A stretch of 64,000 nucleotides of DNA from Antedon mediterranea (lineage: Eukaryota; Animalia; Echinodermata), in NCBI RefSeq assembly GCF_964355755.1, contig NC_092674.1, forward strand, positions 31,496,001 to 31,560,000, read 5' to 3'. The notes beneath the pieces were generated by a model. It had not been told where the DNA came from, ran no database searches, and worked only from the letters and a program-made list of their open reading frames with translations. The stretch's first letter is position 1. Each line of letters opens with the position of its first letter. The translations under genes were made by a program, and so were the position numbers. Below are positions 1 through 15,665 of the stretch, piece by piece.

Positions 1-1346
1 TATTCAAAACATAGAATGAATTATCTCTTTAATGGTCAAACGAATTTCGTAAGATAGTTTGTCTGGACATGCAGCAGATGGTCTAGACTATAAATATTCT
101 CCCGCTTGCTTTAACTCAAGTGCTAATATACAATTTCATTTAAATGATGAAGCTACCCACTGATCTGAATATATAGCTTTATTTATCCATCAATTTGTTG
201 TATATTACCTAACAGATAATACTAATAGTGAATATAGGTAACGTGGTGAGATATAAGGAGAGCATACTTTATCTAGGTAGATACCCATAAAGGTAAGAAT
301 AGGTTCATAATTACATTAATAACACAATTGCTAGCAAATGAAAGAAATGTCAGTGACGTTTGTTGCACATTAAATCATAATGAAGCATCGAGTGTTCACA
401 TCGGGTGAGATTGAATCATCGCGACAGCCGTTACGTTTAAGAAAACGGTGGGAGTGTGAAATAAAGAAAATATTAAGGGTAATGTTACCTGGCTAATAAT
501 AAATAGGTCACACTATCAGACACATCACGAAGGGGTAAAATTCAAAGTGCGCATTCAATAATAACAGCTTTCGTAAAATGAGAATTTTAAGTACGGTGAT
601 ATTACAGAAAAAAGGAAATTGTGTTTTAATTGAAATACGATGGATGCTAAGAAGATTTCGCATTAGATTGAGAAAGGTCTAGCTTGTTAATGAGACTTGG
701 CTACTTATAGAGATTTATTTCATTGCTTATTGAAAGAAATCGATACAAACTGATTTTATTGTTATTTTTGTCGATCGGTGGTGGACAAGTAATCGAACTT
801 ATGCGAGGATTAGATTTACACATGCGACGTTTATTTAAAAATAACATTGTAAAAAAAATCAGAAAAAGCATAGATAAAAATTATCAATAATAATAATAAC
901 TGTAATAATGATACGTATATCTTAATTACAATTTACATAAAGCACCTCCACCCCCTCCAAAAAAAAAAGCAGTGGTACAGTTTGAACTGAAAAATACTAA
1001 TACATAAACAGATATCCACATAAAGTAAGCCGCACAAACACAATTAAGGTATGTTAAAAGTACACTGTAAAAATGATGTAGGCCTAATAATCAAAGGTCT
1101 TTATTCTGATATAAAATCAATAGGATAAAAACACAAAAAAGTACCGAGACGGCAAACTTATTTCCATTGTGGTCAGTGGTGTATCTAAGCAATTATAAAC
1201 CATAAGACAAAGCACAAGAAAATACATTCAATGAAATTGACATTAAATTATTGACAATGATTTTAATGATGATGAAAATAATGAGAATTTTATTGTAATC
1301 AGGGAACAGTGAGATTAAATAATCTCTCTTCCCTGATGTACATTAC

Positions 1347-1414
1347 CATCGCAGTTTCAGACACGTCTCCCATGCTGTAAATATACATACTAATATTCAC
1401 CACGACTTTTTTAT
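1347..1414 (-). CDS. GABA/RDL-like subunit exon 3 (68 nt)
   Basis: Acceptor ttttccag, donor ATG|GTAATG; same length and phase as the homologous exon at 57637-57704. Confidence 0.85.
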
Positions 1415-4400
1415 CTGGAAAAACAAAAAATAAAAGTTGGATTAAGAATTTAATCCAGCATTAGGTTCGTTCTAAATTGTGTGTACATGGCGCTTTATCT
1501 TCCATTATTTCAGATTAGCGCACCAGTGTATACTTAGGTGGTATATGTGTCTATACCTCAAGATCGCAGAAGCAACTCATGTCAATCCAAATACAGTATA
1601 TCTATATTATGAATGTTGACAGAGTTGGTGTAAATGTTGTAACACATCCTGAGGCTTCTCTTTGTAAATCACAGATCAACGTACTTCACAGGTCTTTACT
1701 TACAACAAATAATGGTTACACTTTTACTTTCAAGTACCTAATTCATCAATGCCAATTTTTAAACTGAATGATATTTACTAAACGTAAAAGTATTCCTATA
1801 TGATATTTCACTTAAATTGCTTCTTATAATCGGCTGAAGAAGAAAAACAACATGTAAAATGAGTTGAATTGTAAGAAAATGACTGCTTTTTTAAAATAGA
1901 AAATAATGCACGGTGTAACAAAATATTGGGTTCAAAATGTAGGCATGATTTCAGCGGTGACAGAAAACTTTTGTTGTTTCATTTTCTGAAATTATAGCCG
2001 ACTATAATTAGAACCAAACGATATATTTTATACATTAGAGCTGAATAGAAACAAACGTTTTACACAGCAATATAAACAATTAATTTTTATTATTATCATT
2101 ACTGTAAATTATCATTGTACATATTTTATAATTAATATTTATATTGGTCTTGTTTTTTTTGTAAAAATCTACTGTAATTATTATACCTTATTGTGGTTAC
2201 CATTATAACAAATGTACGATTGATTGAATAAAGTTCACATATATAGAGATACAACAATTATACAGTAGGCCTACATACAACAATTATACAGTAGGCCTAC
2301 ATACAACAATTATACAGTAGGCCTACATACAACAATTATACAGTAGGCCTACATACAACAATTATACAGTAGGCCTACATACAACAATTATACAGTAGGC
2401 CTACATACAACAATTATACAGTAGGCCTACATAAAGTAGAGTCTGACTTTACCAATGTACATCGAAAAAAATAAAATTATAGTATAGAACTCCATGTTTA
2501 AAAACATCAGATTTAATACATCACATATAATGTGCAAGGTGGTTGCAGCTGAAACACGTGCTTAGAATAAGTCTGAGAACATTCTTATTATTGGTGGTGG
2601 TGTAGTGTAAAATGAATGTAACAAGACAATACACTGAACGAGACAGCGGTTCATGATGATCACAGAATAAAGAAATGTGTTACGACATTCAGTTACTGTT
2701 AATGATAAATGATGGTACATAGCAAAATTGTGTAATTGAATTAGTAGTAAAATTGCGTTTTAGCATAATTTATTTTCTTGGAAACGACCTTTAAAATGAA
2801 TATGAAGTGTTGCATGTAGGTGATACAATTACAATATATCTTGAATTAGTAGGATTGATTCCTTATTGTTGTACGTATCGTTTTAAGTATTGTTTCTAAG
2901 CATCTTATTAATGAACTAACAATATTGATTCTGGTAATGTATACGGTAAGGTTTAGGATGTTGTCTTTGTATGTTATATCATACACTGAATGAAAGAAAG
3001 CTAGTTTTTAAGGCAACTACTAAATATAATATTTTGTTATTATTTTATTAATAAAATATGTCTGATTGATAAAAACAAAATAATAGCCAGGAAATACAGA
3101 ACGTTCACCCTTTTATAAAACAGGCATTGTACTTTTACATTCAAATCGTTATCTATAATTCGTTTCTAATAGTTTGTTATTACAATGAATACGTTTTGTT
3201 TGTGTACAATAAATAAAAATCCTAGCGGCTTACTTTATACAAAATTAAATAGAAAAACATCTCAATGACATATGTTGATTTATTTTGACTCCTAGTCTGA
3301 ATTATTAAGTTGATCCTTGTAATTTTCCTGCCTTTTTAAATCTAAAAGATTAATATATTCAAAAGATTCAACAGATGCAAAATGTTATAATGACTGAGAT
3401 TTTCAAAACGTTTAAGTTAAAATGACTTTTCATTAAAATGATTAGGACCTACTGTACATGCCTAACGTTTAACTCAAAGACTATAAATAAGCATGTAGTA
3501 TAAACAGAGAAACATACATCGGTATAACGGTTAATTTGATTGTATCTTATACTATTGAAATAATTGCCCATTTTAAACAATTTCAATATGTGTTTTTAAT
3601 TCTATTATATTGTAGTGAAAGAAAAGTTGCATTTCTTGGTTTACTTATTTCAATTGCGGCTGATGTTGGCCCTACAAAATGTGTTGTATTAACTAGGCCT
3701 ATTATTCACGAAAGCTGTTCAGATGTTTAGTGATTTCAGATTCATACGTGTTTCTTTGACACCATTTTGAATTGCGTACAATTTACTCCTGTGTACAAAA
3801 ACAAAACTTAAGATCTGCAGCTACATTCATTTCCTACAGCATTTTGTACATGTGTATAACCTCTGGTACAGTAGATATGAACTATACATGTGTATAACCT
3901 CTGGTACAGTAGATATGAACTATACATGTGTATAACCTCTGGTACAGTAGATATGAACTATACATGTGTATAACCTCTGGTACAGTAGATATGAACTATA
4001 CATGTGTATAACCTCTGGTACAGTAGATATGAACTATACATGTGTATAACCTCTGGTACAGTAGATATGAACTATACATGTGTATAACCTCTGGTACAGT
4101 AGATATGAACTATACATGTGTATAACCTCTGGTACAGTAGATATGAACTATACATGTGTATAACCTCTGGTACAGTAGATATGAACTATACATGTGTATA
4201 ACCTCTGGTACAGTAGATATGAACTATACATGTGTATAACCTCTGGTACAGTAGATATGAACTATACATGTGTATAACCTCTGGTACAGTAGATATGAAC
4301 TATACATGTGTATAACCTTTGGTACAGTAGATATGAACTATACATGTGTATAACCTCTGGTACAGTAGATATGAACTATACATGTGTATAACCTCTGGTA

Positions 4401-7400
4401 CAGTAGATATGAACTATACATGTGTATAACCTTTGGTACAGTAGATATGAACTATACATGTGTATAACCTCTGGTACAGTAGATATGAACTATACATGTG
4501 TATAACCTCTGGTACAGTAGATATGAACTATACATGTGTATAACCTCTGGTACAGTAGATATGAACTAGGCCTAACAGCTACATTCATTTCCTACAGCAT
4601 TTTGTACATGTGTATAACCTCTGGTACAGTAGATATGAACTAGGCCTAATTAATTTTACTAACTAGGATTGAAATTTCAAGATATTACGTAACAATCTAA
4701 ACGTTAGACCAATTATCAAGTTCTAACAATAAAATGAATCAGACGGGCATACAATGTCAGCACTTTAATGTAATTGGCCAAAACAATCGTCAACTAATGG
4801 AACAATTCTATAAATTATGGTATGGTATTAGGCATAAACTGACTATTACTCTACTTTTGCTTCACATTGATTGATGTCATATGAACAATGTTTCACTCGA
4901 AGTGTAGTAATATTAATGACAAAATGTACTATAACTTATTGAACTATGATAGATATAAGTTGCCAAGCAACGCAACGACGAAGCGCGACGCAAGTGAGTT
5001 GACCAACAACAACGACAGGTCACATACTTCATCGCTTGTAATTGGTCAAATTACTTGAGGCGGGCTTACGTCCTTGCGTTGCTTCCAAGTGGGAACCAAG
5101 CTTAGGCAGTAAAGACAAAACTTAACTTCAAGACAACATTCGTGAATATTCTTGGATTAATTAATTTGTGTAGAGAAGATTGCAATATTCAATGATGAGA
5201 AAATATAGTTACTATAAAATATTAATCAATTATGCAGTGGTTTTAATCAAACAAAATTTTTCTAAGAAAAAAAGTAATTGATTGGTTTTAATCATTTTCT
5301 ATCACCTCGATTAATTACAGATCCCAATGTATAACATGGGTAACTGAACTATATCCTATGCCAATGTATAAACGTTACAGAAACAAAAGCCAATTTCCAA
5401 CATAGGCCTACCAGTTCCAATGCTGTTCAGTGTGAGAATTTCTGAATTGAATTTCGGTAAATGTTTTCACGTGCATCTTTTTCAGGGGTCATAGGTTATT
5501 TTACGGCATAATTGCATTTTGGACTTAGTTGTAAAATGTGATTTTTAGCATGCAAAGAGTAACGTTTTTAACACGAACTGGGAATTAAAATAGCGGGTAA
5601 ATGACTTTTAATCAAAAAAAGCAAACAATGTATGACACGAGCGGTCGTTTTAGGTTTATTTAATCATTTGTCATCTGTAGCTTTATGCAAAATTATCCAT
5701 AAATTGTATTGAGCTTTATAAAGGCATCATGAAATATTATTTGTAATGTTATAAGGCTTAAAATTTTACAGCATAGAGGACGATAAACAGACAGGTATGG
5801 TTTTGACCTAATGTAAACCTCTATCTAGCTCACTGTCTATGTCATGACGACGATAATTATACACATTGGGTTTTACAAACAGAATAAATGATGCGCATAA
5901 TAATATTAATACTACTAGAACGAGTTAAATTATTAATTTTAAAACTCAAATATATGTAGGGGATAAGTAATTAAAAATAAACAATTGATATTAAATAATA
6001 ATTGAAGCTGGTAAACTTACAATAATTTAAAAAGATTTGATATAAGAGCTTAAAATCAACTGGTACGGTTTGAAACGGCCATTGCATGGTCGTAATGGGT
6101 ACGAATCGACAATATTAAATATTTACGCAAGAGACCCTAAATAATATATAATTTAACACATTATATTTTTATAAATTACTTTATCAGAGAAAGGCCTGTA
6201 AGAAAGTACTTACAACATTGTATATACCATTTAATACGAATACACTGTAGAAAAATGATCTTATGAAGTAAATTCCAATATGAAATTTAATATAGAAAAT
6301 GATATTATATTCCTTCACATTCGGGTATCATGATGTGTGTTAACATAACCTGTCGTTTAAATATAGGACATACTGTATTCTAGCTAGAATGATTTACAAA
6401 ATATTTAGTACCATTACTACGTTTATTGCATAGGAACAGAAACACCTAAAAACAGAATGTGTCGTACATTGTGTTAACTCATTTTGTTATAAGAAAAGGC
6501 AATTATCAAAAGTGTTATAAGTTTGGTATACGTTTAAATGTCCTATTGTAACCAACTATTAAAATTACCAAGCTAAAATTTATCTTAAACATATAAAATG
6601 TGTGTGAAGTGACGGGCTTATGATCTGTAAATTTACCAAATTCCCACATTGCTTTAGTATCATAAGAAAATTACGTAATACAGCATCCCATGTGTATCAC
6701 ACTGTATCATGTATATCACACTGTATCATGTATAGGTTAAGGGTTAGTTTATGGTGTATGATACACGAGGTGATACACGTGAAACACACTTTATGTATAT
6801 CACACTGTATCATGTATAGGTTAAGGGTTAGTTTATGGTGTATGATACGAGGTGATACACGTGAAACACACTTTATGTATATCACACTGTATCATGTATA
6901 GGTTAAGGGTTAGTTTATGGTGTATGATACGAGGTGATACACGTGAAACACACTTTATGTTTTACGGAAATGTGTCTATGATACTGAAGAAATCTAGATA
7001 CCGTACCGGTAATCCGGTTTAGTATTAAAGTATATGTATATTACGTTTACATGCTATAAATTAAACGAATAAATCTAAACAACTACATTAAAAACAGAAA
7101 TAGTAATAAGTAATCTAGCCTCTGTACTTAAGGTTCATGGTCTTTGGACCCCTAACTCCGAATATTAAATTAACATAATTTCAATATCCCAAGGGTTTTT
7201 GACGATTTTAACGTACATCGTTAGTGTTATAACTCAACATTACAATTACATTTTTAAAAAGTAAGAAAGTTTAAATGATATAATGTATATGTATAGTAAA
7301 TTGTTCACTGCTTTATATCCCACGATCGGTTGTTTATTTTTTTTTTTGATAGAAAATATTCATTATGAATTCAACAATGCTTATACAGACAATAGCGTTA

Positions 7401-8764
7401 TTATCTCCTACATTACTAACTGTAACTTTTAAAAGATCGTATAAAGAATTCAAATAAATTACCTCCGTAATTTGTATCGAGAACGTAGCATTACTTATGA
7501 AGAATTAAAATACATACCTCCGTAATTTGGACGTAAGCCTTGATCGTAGTCATCTAACAAAGAGCTGAGGATCATCGAGACATTGAGCATCAAAAGTGTT
7601 TCTCCACCCCTATAAAAAAGAACAACATCTTAATCATTCTTCTAGAATTAATACAATCCATGACGGTAATTACCTGATTATTGGGACTTTATCCGTTACA
7701 AAAGCTCTAAACGGTAAAAAAATACTTTGAAAACTATCGAGAGACCACAAAAAGAACAGGTGAGTTAAAAGCAACCTAGGCACAATTCTACTTACATGCT
7801 AACAACAGTGATAATTTGTCAATCAAGAGAATGCTTGGCTGCACGAAAGAAGGCTATTATTCCTTGAGATAACGCGTTTGATCATGGGCATTAGCTGCTC
7901 TCTGTATGATCACGACACGAGGAGCCTGGTTAGCGTGTGGTGGCGCTATGGTTACGCCACCTCTTTACTGTCAATCACCCTAAACAGACCACCCTCCTCC
8001 CTTGCTCGGGGCTATATTTTCATTTAATATAGTTATTGCGGCACATACAACTGGTTCAGATTTATTTATGTTTTCACCTGATGCAAAATTAAACTGTCAT
8101 TTGTGACCCAATCAGTTAGATTGTAGACGTAGTAACTGAGCCACATTTAGTATTGGTTTTAAATCAAACCGACTTAATCGTGACTTTAATCTATTTGTGA
8201 CGTCGACTAATATCGCCCTGGTGATTCATCTCTCTTGTTAAATATTAATTTGCTTATAATCAAAATCAACCACAGAAAAATAGATACGACTATTCCATTT
8301 CCATAACATTTTAAGATTCTGTTCATACGAACAATACCGATAATATTCAATCACTTTGATCGATCTGAGACATCTAGCTATTCGACATAAAGTAAATCAA
8401 TTATTTCTATTATTATATAAATTATTCCCGCAGGGCAAAGTGACTAACTATCGGTAGTCAATTGTCGCGACGGGCACATTATATAAATGATGTACAATCA
8501 TAATAAAGCAGTGTGCCGACTTCTGTGAGACGAGTGTAATTCGCCAGATTCTTATAGTTACAAAATAGATAGCTCAAATCAATCAAATCACGATGCTAAC
8601 CTAAAGTGAATGTTATATAATAATTCATAAAGTAAAAGGAACACTTACTTTAGTGGTCTATCTTCTCCGGTATCTTCGTTCTCAAATGTTGTAGAATCAT
8701 GAGACATCGATATGCCAATAAATGTTGCAAACAGTAGGTATAAGCCTATAACATTCAGCTTCAT
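1347..8764 (-). CDS. Cys-loop ligand-gated anion channel subunit (GABA-A/RDL-like), 5' part only (exons 1-3); gene continues beyond the left edge
   Basis: Exons 8649-8764 (signal peptide MKLNVIGLYLLFATFIGISMS..., phase 2), 7518-7609 (92 nt, ..NVSMILSSLLDDYDQGLRPNYG) and 1347-1414 (68 nt, DKKVVVNISMYIYSMGDVSETAM). All have GT/AG ends and compatible phases. The YDxxLRP motif and the 68-nt exon are typical of GABA/Gly receptor genes. Confidence 0.85.
2249..2433. repeat. Minisatellite, 26-bp unit x7
   Basis: ATACAACAATTATACAGTAGGCCTAC perfect tandem. Confidence 0.97.
3818..4649. repeat. Minisatellite, 38-bp unit x19, nested in a ~74-bp duplication
   Basis: TACATGTGTATAACCTCTGGTACAGTAGATATGAACTA at 3847-4568; the flank plus one unit is repeated at 4576-4649. 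Confidence 0.97.
4960..5103. mobile_element. Palindromic MITE family copy 1
   Basis: GCAACGCAA..TTGACCAA...TTGGTCAA..TTGCGTTGC; related copies at 16399-16495 and 56288-56414. Confidence 0.6.
6696..6960. repeat. Tandem repeat, 82-84-bp unit x3
   Basis: ATCACACTGTATCATGTATAGGTTAAGGGTTAG... at 6715, 6799, 6881. Confidence 0.93.
7518..7609 (-). CDS. GABA/RDL-like subunit exon 2 (N-terminal helix, YDxxLRPNYG)
   Basis: Acceptor tttatag, donor G|GTATGT; GGETLLMLNVSMILSSLLDDYDQGLRPNYG. Confidence 0.88.
8649..8764 (-). CDS. GABA/RDL-like subunit exon 1 (signal peptide)
   Basis: ATG at 8764, hydrophobic leader, donor AA|GTAAGT. Confidence 0.8.
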
Positions 8765-11700
8765 TGTGGATGTGTGTTTAGTCAGCAAGTTAAAATTCTG
8801 TTCTGTCCTGGACGTAGTAATCACCACTCACTTGAATATAATATTTTTCAAGATCAATGATACAAACACTGGTAAAGAACACCGCCTGACGTCGAAACCC
8901 TTCTTTATGATCTCCGCCGCACGGGACTTCTTTTTGATCGGCACTCGCAGCACAACAAACTTGACTATGTCGTTCACAGAACTGAAGGAATGCTCATAAA
9001 GAACGTTCAATATATATATACATTCTATAATGGACATGAAGCAATGTTTCTCATTATGAAGTTAAATTGACGAAATCGATGAGTGTTACATAAAGAGACC
9101 TAGAAAAATGATCCCTCGGTTCTAATAAGTTTCTAGCTACCAAGAAAAAATGCATTATGTGGTAAAGAGAGAATGCCGACAGGGGTCAGTCATTGGATAA
9201 ACAGGTGAAGAATAAGACACATTTACGGTAAAGTAAGCAATTCTAATAGCAATATGAGCAACAAATAATCAATACACTTATCTTTAAAAAGCATTCCTTC
9301 GAGGAGGTGAATATATTGATTAAAAAATCTGGGCCGTGGTGGCGATATTTATAACTCTTCAAGATTTCCCTGTCAACACATTGACTAATTACCCAACAGG
9401 TGAAAAGCATAGATAATCATGTTGGTATATATCATATTAAGCAAATAAGATGGTGCGAGGTGTCAGGTCTCGGGGCAAAAAACATAAAACCTTTCTAAAG
9501 AAAAAATAAAACTTTATTTTTAGTTTTATTAATTTGCAACAGACACGTGTATAATTCACGAATAAAGTTGGAATTTACTATTGAAGTCTGTCACACAAAA
9601 GCTTGTTGAATCTACCTGAGTTTTATGATCCTTGCCATGATTGCCTATCAATCATATCTCGCCGCCGACTATGCAATCATTTGCTGTACATTTGTCTCTC
9701 GAAAGCAATATCCCACGCTATTGACACTTTGTTGACAGTCTATAGTGTTTATGGCAATAATTACAAGGTGATGGTAAAACTTATAATTATAACTAAAATG
9801 GCTTTTTGATGGTGTTTATATCGACATTTAAATTTATGTCTATTTCTTGTACAATGTTTATGTATAGAATGCTTCCAACAATACGATAAATAAATACGCT
9901 ACCGATAAATTAAGAAAATCTATAATATCTTCACAGGAAAACCGTGCAACTATTTTAAAGATCATTGTTTTTGTTATAAATATACAATTAAATAGTTTAC
10001 AGATTACATGGCCTAAAGAAAGAGTGCAACTGGATAATGAATCACTAAGCCAAATTATAAAACAAAGTATGTCATCGATGTGATGGAAGACGAGTTATGA
10101 TAGCATTTCAGCTTTAATTTTTGCGGGTTACACAAATTAATCGCAGCCATCAATTTAATATTAATCATTTATGAAAACTTAAATTGCAGGGGAACGATCG
10201 ATTCTATCCTCAGGTATTTTTATAAATTTACACACCGACACAAAATCAGCTCGTCTAAAATAATTAATTTGGAAATAAGAAACATAAAAATAGCAATAAT
10301 ATCAGTTGTTCTGTAACTTTAAACAATTTGGATTTGTAGATATCCATTCTTTAGTGTCCTTAATTGATTCGTTAAGATATTGAGAGTTTTTACACGTGTA
10401 CTAAAATAATTTGAATAATATCTACGAGTTAAAGTTTCTGCCTTGAGCGCAAACAGATTAACAAATCAATAATATGTTTTATGATTTAATGAATGTTTCG
10501 CGTTGGACGGGTATCAACGAATAGTAAAAAGTTCATTCCACACATTAAAAAAAACACATTTTTGTATTGTCATTGAAATTGTTTCTTTCCGGAAAATTAT
10601 AAATACATATTAATGGCGATTACAAAAGTAGGCCTACAGAATGATCACGATTTGCTTTGGGGCGGGAAAAAAACTGTTATATAATAGAGGGCGCTATTTT
10701 GATAACAGTTTGATTGCCTTTAAAAATTCATTATAATGTTCATTCTATATATTTTCTACATACATTTGACTAATTCGCGTACAAACGAGATTTCATCTTT
10801 GATCATCTCACTAATTTTAAAGATTCCAACATTGATTTCATCCTGCAACAAGGAAATTACATGTATCACTCTTGATATGTTTGATACAACTATAATGCAA
10901 TATGATGTTAAATGGCAAAACAATTTAACTGCGGAGGTATAAATACCAAATTTAACTAGGCTATTTAGAAATGTTTCTGAACTTTATTTCTGGTTACATT
11001 ACTAGCTACTTTTCACATTATTCAATACTATGGATACTTTATTTGGCTAATTACGCCGTGGAGAAACCCGATGTGCGCACTAAATTTAAACAACGATCAA
11101 ACTATTTGAATTGGCGGACGTGACTCAAATCAGTTCCTAATTTAAATAACATTTTTTTGGAACATAAAGTATGTATTTAGTTGAAAAATAAATGTATTTA
11201 GTTGGTAAATACTCAATACAATATGGTTAACTGTAAACAAACAAACAAAAACTTAAGTGTTAAAAGATAATAATGAAAAAGATGAACTCAAAAAGAACTG
11301 TAAAAAATTATTATATTATGTATTTATGGAAATAAAAGTGGGATGAACCCACGTAAGACAGAAAACATTTTTTGGCAAACTGAATTCATAACATTTGTAA
11401 AACAAAATGTATAATTATTATAATATATTTTTTTTTATAATAGAATAAAAATTAAAAGCTTGTTTCTTCTAAATAATGTTTTCTAAAACTGTTATTTTTG
11501 TCAATCAATTGATTATACTGTTATATAATAACCGAGGCAGGGGTGAAATGTCACGTAGTGGTTGTACCACATTGCGTTTTCCGGTCCGGCCAGAAATTCA
11601 GCACCGCTGGCAATGATCTACCTGGTAAGTAACACCATTCAGACTACTAGAAATTAAACTCACATAATATCCACTATATTCCTATGTTATATAAAACCAT

Positions 11701-14700
11701 AGAAATGGTAATAATGATTCCAATTAAGTTAAAATTAGTATGACAGAAAGTAATTACGCAGATTAAATTACACGCGCTTTACTATTTGTGGACAAGTAGA
11801 AACAGCATATCTTCTATTATCTATGGTCTCTAAATCAATTACTGATATTGTACTACTGATTATTGTCTGGCAACGTGTATATGTTGCTATCCAAGGCAAA
11901 CTTTAAATATGAATATCTTAAACCTAGGTTTCAGATCCCAAATTATGAAACAAATTAGGGTTTATTGTGTAATTATTTACTCGATACATTTCAAGCCCAT
12001 CCACCTACGCGCCTGATTGACAGAATGCTGTCATAAGTACTAGCGTAATAGCATGAATAAATCTGTGTATTCAGTAGATTGTACTCAATTACGTATACGA
12101 ATGTACGGATAATGTGTACAGTTAACAGATATAGTACTTAGATGTCACAATAATAAATGCATTGACTATTATCATCCTCTTTCAACAAGGCTGAACATAG
12201 CTTAAGTGAAACATCATTTAGAAGTAACTTTGCAGCGTGGTCGATCGTCGTCGGTGACGTATTGGAAAGAGTGCAGAAATAGAGTGAGTGCAGAAAGTGT
12301 TGGAGCACGCCTCTAAATAGTTTATTCTAAATATCTAAGAGGCAGACTAGTTCTGTATCCGTGTCACTATTATCAAACATTTTCAGCAACAAAAACATGC
12401 GATTGAATATTATGATGACTATCTTTCAACACTAAAATCAAAAACGCAAACTACTGCAATAACTCATAGAAAATCCACGAGAATATATAAAAGGTATATA
12501 GAGATCCTATACACAACTCAATTGCAAACTTACCACTTCAATGATGGAGATACATTTGAACACGTTACCATAATCGGAACATGAAATGTGTAGAGCAATA
12601 CATTTTCTACAAATATTTATGATATATAGTAGACTCCTAACACAACGACGTTTCTGAAGCCAATAGATAATGCACTACTGTAGGATCAGTAAGTGTTAGC
12701 AGTAAACATTTGTATCCTTATTGAATCCACAAATAAATTACAAAATGGTTTTATTTGAGTATTTATTCACACACGTTCTAGGCAAGGCCTGGGGCCATTT
12801 TCAAGGTATGATAAACTATAAATACAGAAAGGTTATTGATTTCTAATCTTGACTTTCATCTTTGATTAAAATGTTCGATTATTGTATTTACCTTAAGGCG
12901 AGCTTACGATAAAAAGTAATTGTTCTCTTATCGTGTGATCAGCATGAACTTATGTATACATCAACGCATTTTAACTGCCTTATTGCTTTTTTTATGATTA
13001 TAAATTAATATATATATATATAGGCCTACGTATGTTGAGCATTGTATAATACATTATATTGTTATTATGTGATAAAACCTCGCTAACTTTCCTTGAGTTA
13101 CTAAGCATAATGATTACCAAAGCCACTAATACCATAAGAACCAAATTTGATGTTACAAACATTACATTATGGTGGTTTGTATTTCTACGTATTATGTATC
13201 AATGTTTCTATTAATGTTTCTATTAATGTTTTAAATGAAACACATTTACCTAGCTCAAAAGATATAATATTACAAGACAACACCTAAAATGTCGATCACG
13301 TGATAACTTGGCTAAAAGATGATTATATAGACAGGTGTTGTAGGCTGTGTAATGGTTACATACTGCCAATGTTGGTCTGACAGTTGGCTTGAGTGTTTCC
13401 AAATGTATCGGCAATTAAATTATTATAATTGAAGGATATACCGCAGCAAATATACCAAAATAGAATATATATGGTTATATTAAAAACAAATTCTACACAA
13501 TTATCTGGAATCAATTCATGATAGGCATACTAGTTAACTAATGATGTTACTAATTACACTAATTACAATAATTATTTCAAAGGATTATAAATAATTAGAT
13601 GAATACTTTAAAAGGTGATGATTTCAAATGAAAACAAATTATTAAAATACTTATCAATAATTAATGTATGTATGCATTTGGAGTCCTTTTAAGATCAGCT
13701 GATAACTATATAAATTGAATTAATTAACAGATTAATTTTAATGAAAATTAAATTAGATGATTCTGATCAAATTCTTGATGAGTTTAAATAAGCGTTATCT
13801 TAATGCCAGCTGGAAAATATTGTTAATCATGTCGTTCAAAATAAAAACTATATCAGAGAAAGAAAGCACGGACACACGCCAATAAAATGTATTATTAATC
13901 AGATGCAAGATTCAGTATACTTTTTGGTATAGAATTACTTCTGTTATTTGGAAGTAAATAAAATATAATACACGACGAAAGGTCTATCTTGATAACAGTA
14001 TCCTCATAGTTAAAGTATATTATATTATAATAATATAAAAGAAATAAATACATATTATTTATTTGTAACTTTAGCATCGTTGGTGCAGTAACCATAATTC
14101 TTTATGACTCGTGCTATAATTATCTGTCTAGATTTCCAGCATATCGTATTATGCAATTGCAGGTTTATTATACAAACATGTGATTTCAAACCTGTTATAT
14201 AATCAGGATATTGGAAAACAACAGGTAATAAATTCAGCCCTAACAAGTTCTTCATAACAGCAAAAGTTTATAGAATGTACATTTTGATATAAAATGTGAC
14301 TGTATAATATCTCTAGTATGGGCTTACAGGTATTAAAAACTAGGACAGGTTTCTTGAGTTCGATAATAAGTAAATTCAAACTAAGTAAAGTTACACTTTC
14401 GTATTAAATATAATGTTTTCAATACTTTAATATATATAACATTTTTATGAACTAGACTTGTTCAAATGTTCCACGATTATTGTTTCCGGTCATTCTATAA
14501 AGAAAATTAAGTAATATGACAGACCTATTGATGTATTAGAATACTAATAATCATTTATAAATTACTGTACTTATCGAGTACGATCCGTCATAACGACGAC
14601 GACAGTGTTAACCTCCAATCTAACCTTTTTTCGTCTCATAGTCATCATTTCTCTAATTTCCATCGAACGTCTAATAAATGTGTACACTGTTGATTCTTAA

Positions 14701-15665
14701 AGTTCTTACAGATGAATGAAAGCGAAGATAGTATTTGTGAAAGAGAGTAGTTAAATGACAGTGATTGGAAAAAATCTTGAAGAGTATCTATGTATATAAA
14801 ACATTTAAAGATAATGAGAGAATCGGACATAAATTTGATTGAGATAGGCCCTATGGTGCAAATAGAGTCAAATGGAGATGGGCATAATGGAAACTAACTA
14901 ACACGTTTGAATTCAAAGTCTGGAGAGTATTTCTACGTAAGCAATAGAGTAATATAGAACACTGTAAACCATCATAATTGGAAATCAGGCATTAATCACT
15001 CAGAGTTAATGAGTGAGCTATATTCTATAATTACAATGCTTCCAAGAAGAACGAGAGATTACGTAATTGGTACAAAATAAAAGAAGTATGTGGCAATTAC
15101 GCAATTTGTCGTAATTTTGTATTTTATTACTTAAATTCAGTATTTTGAAAACTTCAATGCCATATAGGCCTAATGCAGAAGACAATGGATTTTGTTATGA
15201 ACGATTTCAAATCAAACCTAAAATTAAAACAAATTGCAAATGCAACTTACAGCTATTAGGTTTGAAAAGAAGTTTACAATAGAACCTGAGGCCAAGTAGT
15301 TTAAAAAACATAAATGAAATATTAAATAAAAAAATACTTATTGCATTTTATCTGTCAATACGTAATGAAAAAATGTTACTGTTAATGAATAAACTCTACG
15401 TAGAGCTTTATTAATTAGCAATCAATGTCTTTAGCCTCAGAGTCATGGACGTAAAAACGCATAGCAGCCTACTTCGTTCAATCAACAATTAAACAATTAA
15501 AATATCCAATCGGCAGTCATTAAAGATTTTATATATAACCAGTAAGGCTATTCTTGATATATATTTATTGAGAACAATTTGCATAACAACAGTTTTATGG
15601 CTCATCACCCAATCTACTTAGCTTGCTGATTTTTAATATCAATAAAATTACGAAATAAATGGAAT

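Noticed and set aside
7461-7517. Alternative downstream donor duplicating the end of GABA-like exon 2
   Set aside because: Read-through to it hits an in-frame TAA; treated as a short local duplication
11597-11617. RE1/NRSE-like TTCAGCACC upstream of the GABA-like gene
   Set aside because: Only the left half-site matches; the GGACAG half is absent
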